From NCBI RefSeq assembly GCF_006345805.1, contig NC_043001.1:73656001-73720000 (forward strand): 64,000 nt of DNA. Direction: 5' to 3'. Each line of letters opens with the position of its first letter. The first letter of the stretch is position 1. This DNA is from Octopus sinensis. Its lineage: Eukaryota. Shown in pieces: positions 61,206 to 64,000 of this stretch. A program made the translations under genes and the position numbers. A model generated the notes under the pieces. It was not told the DNA's origin. It was given only the letters and a program-made list of their open reading frames with translations, and did no database searches.

Positions 61206-64000
61206 AACAGTCTGTTGCCCTGAACCATGATATATTACTATAACACTTATGGAGATACACTCACAAGCATGTGCGCACATGCACATATACATACACACAC
61301 TCACAAGTACACACACACATATGTGAGTGTGTATCATTGACTATTTTCTTTCTCTGTCTTCCCTTCCTTGGACCTTTCCTTTTTCTGTATTTCTGACAAA
61401 GAGCTCTGCTCAAAATGTTAAATCCTCCTTTCTTTCCTTTCCTGAGCGTCCAATAACACTATACTTATTCCACGTCCTCGTGTTGTTGTGTTTTCTCTTT
61501 GTTCATGTTTGGATTAACTACACACACACATATATATATATATGGTTTTATTTTAAGAAAGAAATCCCATAATAATTTTCATGCCTACTACATGTTGCAG
61601 GCTTGATAGTTGGTAGCCTTAACCCATGAATAAAGATGTTTTAGCCACCAGTGCAGTGTTGAGTATTCATTCTCATTATTCAATATTAACATGTATGCAA
61701 TTACACACACACACGCACAAACATGATGCTCTGCTATTTCTACTTACAAGGCATTAGTCAACTTGAGACTGACCCCAAAACCTTGTAGTTGGAAAGAAAA
61801 CTTCTTAACTACACAACAATGCCTGTGCCTACACTGTCTCTCAGACACTTATTATTCTTCTGTTCTGAAAGGAATTCTGATAATTCTGTTAAGTTTCAAC
61901 TTCCTGTTCTTTCTTACTTTATTGCATTAATTATCATTCTTTCGTTAATGTTGTTCTGTATTTTTCTCTGAAATTGCTTTTTGTTTACTCTTCCTAATAA
62001 TCTTTTAGCTACAAGTGTTATGTATTTTATTATTCAATCCAAACTTTCATTTCTCCATCATGTATATGACCAATGCAATAATCTGAATATGTTTGGGATA
62101 TATAATCATAGAATATGTTGGAATTAAAAGAGAATGTTTTGTAATCCATATGAAAGGCAAATATAATATTGATTTCAAATTTTGGCACAAGGCCAGCAGC
62201 TTTGAGGGAGAGGTTAAGTTGATGACATTGACCCCAGTGCTCAACTGGTACTTATTTTATTGGCCCTGAAAGGGATGAAAAGCAAAGTTGACCTTGTCAG
62301 AATTTGGTCTCAGAATGCTAAGCATTTTGCCTGGCATGTTAATAATACTGCCATCCCACTGTCTTGGCAAATATGATATTAAAAAGTGTTTTTAAGAGGC
62401 GGGCATAGCTGTGTGGTTAAGAAACTCACTTAGAACCATGTGGTTTCAGTTTAAGTACATTACACAGCACCTTGGGCAAGTGTCTGCTACTATACCCCTA
62501 GATCATCTAATGCCTTGTGAGAGAATGCAGTAGACAGAAACTGTGTGGAAGCCTTAAGTACTGGGAGTTATTCGTTTGACTACACTCCTCAAGGCAGTGC
62601 TCCAGCATGTCTGCTGTCCAGTAGCAGAAACAAATAAATGGTCTTATGTAAGAAATAATTGACTACATTCTATATGATGTCATTCTACATCTCTCTCTCT
62701 CAGTGCATCAGTTATCAAATGTACACTTTTACAAGCTTATATATGTCACTAGGGAAATATTGAGTGATGTGAGTTGGAAGAGGAATGATTACAAGGCAGA
62801 TGCATATGCATAGAGTTGAAGTTAAATCTGAGTCAAGCTACTAGCGACTATTGATTGGATAGAAAAATTGTGAAATCTGGAGTCATCATTTTTCACAATA
62901 CTATTGCTTCTTAAATAGTAATAATAGAGATCATTTACTGTTGTTACTCCTAAGTGGTTAATAGTAAATAGGTGCAGATATGACTGTATGATTACTTAAG
63001 TTCACTTCGCAAACACATGGTTTCAGGTTCAATCCCACTACTTGGTATTTTGACCACATGTTAAGTACTCTATAGCCTCTAGTTGTGAGTGAAATTTGGT
63101 TGAGAGGATATCATTTGGAAGCCTGTTATTATGTGTGTCTTTTTTGCATTGATACTTTATGGGTAGTGGTGATGTTTGTTCATGTTCTGCATAACCAATA
63201 TATTTTCCTTCTTTGTGGTTCAGTAACCTAGTAAGAGTTGCCATTATGCAGGGCATCCAACTGTGGGATGCTGTCTCAAAAAATTCTGTTCAACCCATGT
63301 CAGCATGGAAAAAAGGAAAGCAAACATAAAAACAATGATGGTGATGGTGATGATGAAGTAGGAAAATAGCGTTATAATTTTATACTTTTCATTTTTGTCA
63401 AAATTCTATCTCTTAAAATAACAATTCTTACTAGAAAATAAACCCATCTTATATTTCCAAGAAAAACATTTTCCTTTCCCTATCATTTTGGGGTTTTCCA
63501 TTAGTATTTTTAAAATCAATAATGATATTCCTAAAGATAACCGTTTTATGATTTTGTTGTTGTTAAAGTTGTGAATTTGTAGTTGTTGGAGTTGTGTAGT
63601 CTGGTTGGGTGATTGAGTTCAAAGTTAGCCTTATGATGTGTATTTAGATTTAGCTCATTCTTCCATTCCTCACCATCAACTATAACTTATGTAAATTGGT
63701 GCCATGAGCTGTTGACATTTGCAATGATTGTTTAAGCCATTCAATCCAAGCTATATACAAAAATACCCACCCTCACAAAAAAACAAAACAGAACAATAGT
63801 TGGAAGAAAATTTGATATCAGAGAAGCTGCTTAAAAATGACTCAATAGAATATTCTTTCACATGTCTAAGGATTTCTATCTCAGATCTTATTGAATTATT
63901 GCTTCAGTCACTGTCAAAAGATTTTATCTTTATGTAACCACAGGCATGGTTATGTTAAGAAACTTGTTCTCCAACTATTGTGGTTTCAGATTCAATCTGA

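Noticed and set aside
1-64000. CRISPR array or prokaryotic/viral operon
   Set aside because: No regularly spaced direct repeats with unique spacers and no compact ORF clusters; the window is intron-rich animal DNA.

Overview
AT-rich, microsatellite- and SINE-laden eukaryotic genomic DNA. The repeat families resemble those of coleoid cephalopods, probably Octopus (inference, not verified). No CRISPR, rRNA or genuine tRNA genes were seen. GENES: (1) coding exons 1-4 of an SLC37A1/2-type sugar-phosphate exchanger on the minus strand (35657-35566, 16902-16821, 12015-11967, 2116-2038), phase-compatible with GT/AG sites and continuing beyond the left edge; these are spliced exons, so the ORF track does not show the gene. 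(2) Two small plus-strand exons (56425-56449, 57184-57208) starting an unidentified MGC-type lipid-anchored protein. (3) A weak chain of plus-strand micro-exons from a divergent promoter near 36.4 kb. MOBILE DNA: a 5'-truncated but frame-intact R4/Dong LINE inserted into (TAA)n; a decayed mariner; Helitron-, hAT-, piggyBac- and mariner-type non-autonomous elements; RTE, CR1-group, L1/Tx1 and Penelope remnants; many tRNA-derived SINEs. MOST INTERESTING: a set of long foldback palindromes and type I hammerhead-ribozyme (HHR) motifs. These are a head-to-head element joining a Pol III tRNA head to an HHR tail (18.5-19.0 kb), an HHR with a 61-nt stem II insertion (46.3 kb), and a perfect 114-bp-arm palindrome with a variant HHR fold (32.7-32.9 kb) linked by an identical 53-nt module to another palindrome at 3.4-3.8 kb. 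They may be a Penelope-mobilised, retrozyme-like family. Structures were folded by eye and activity is untested.
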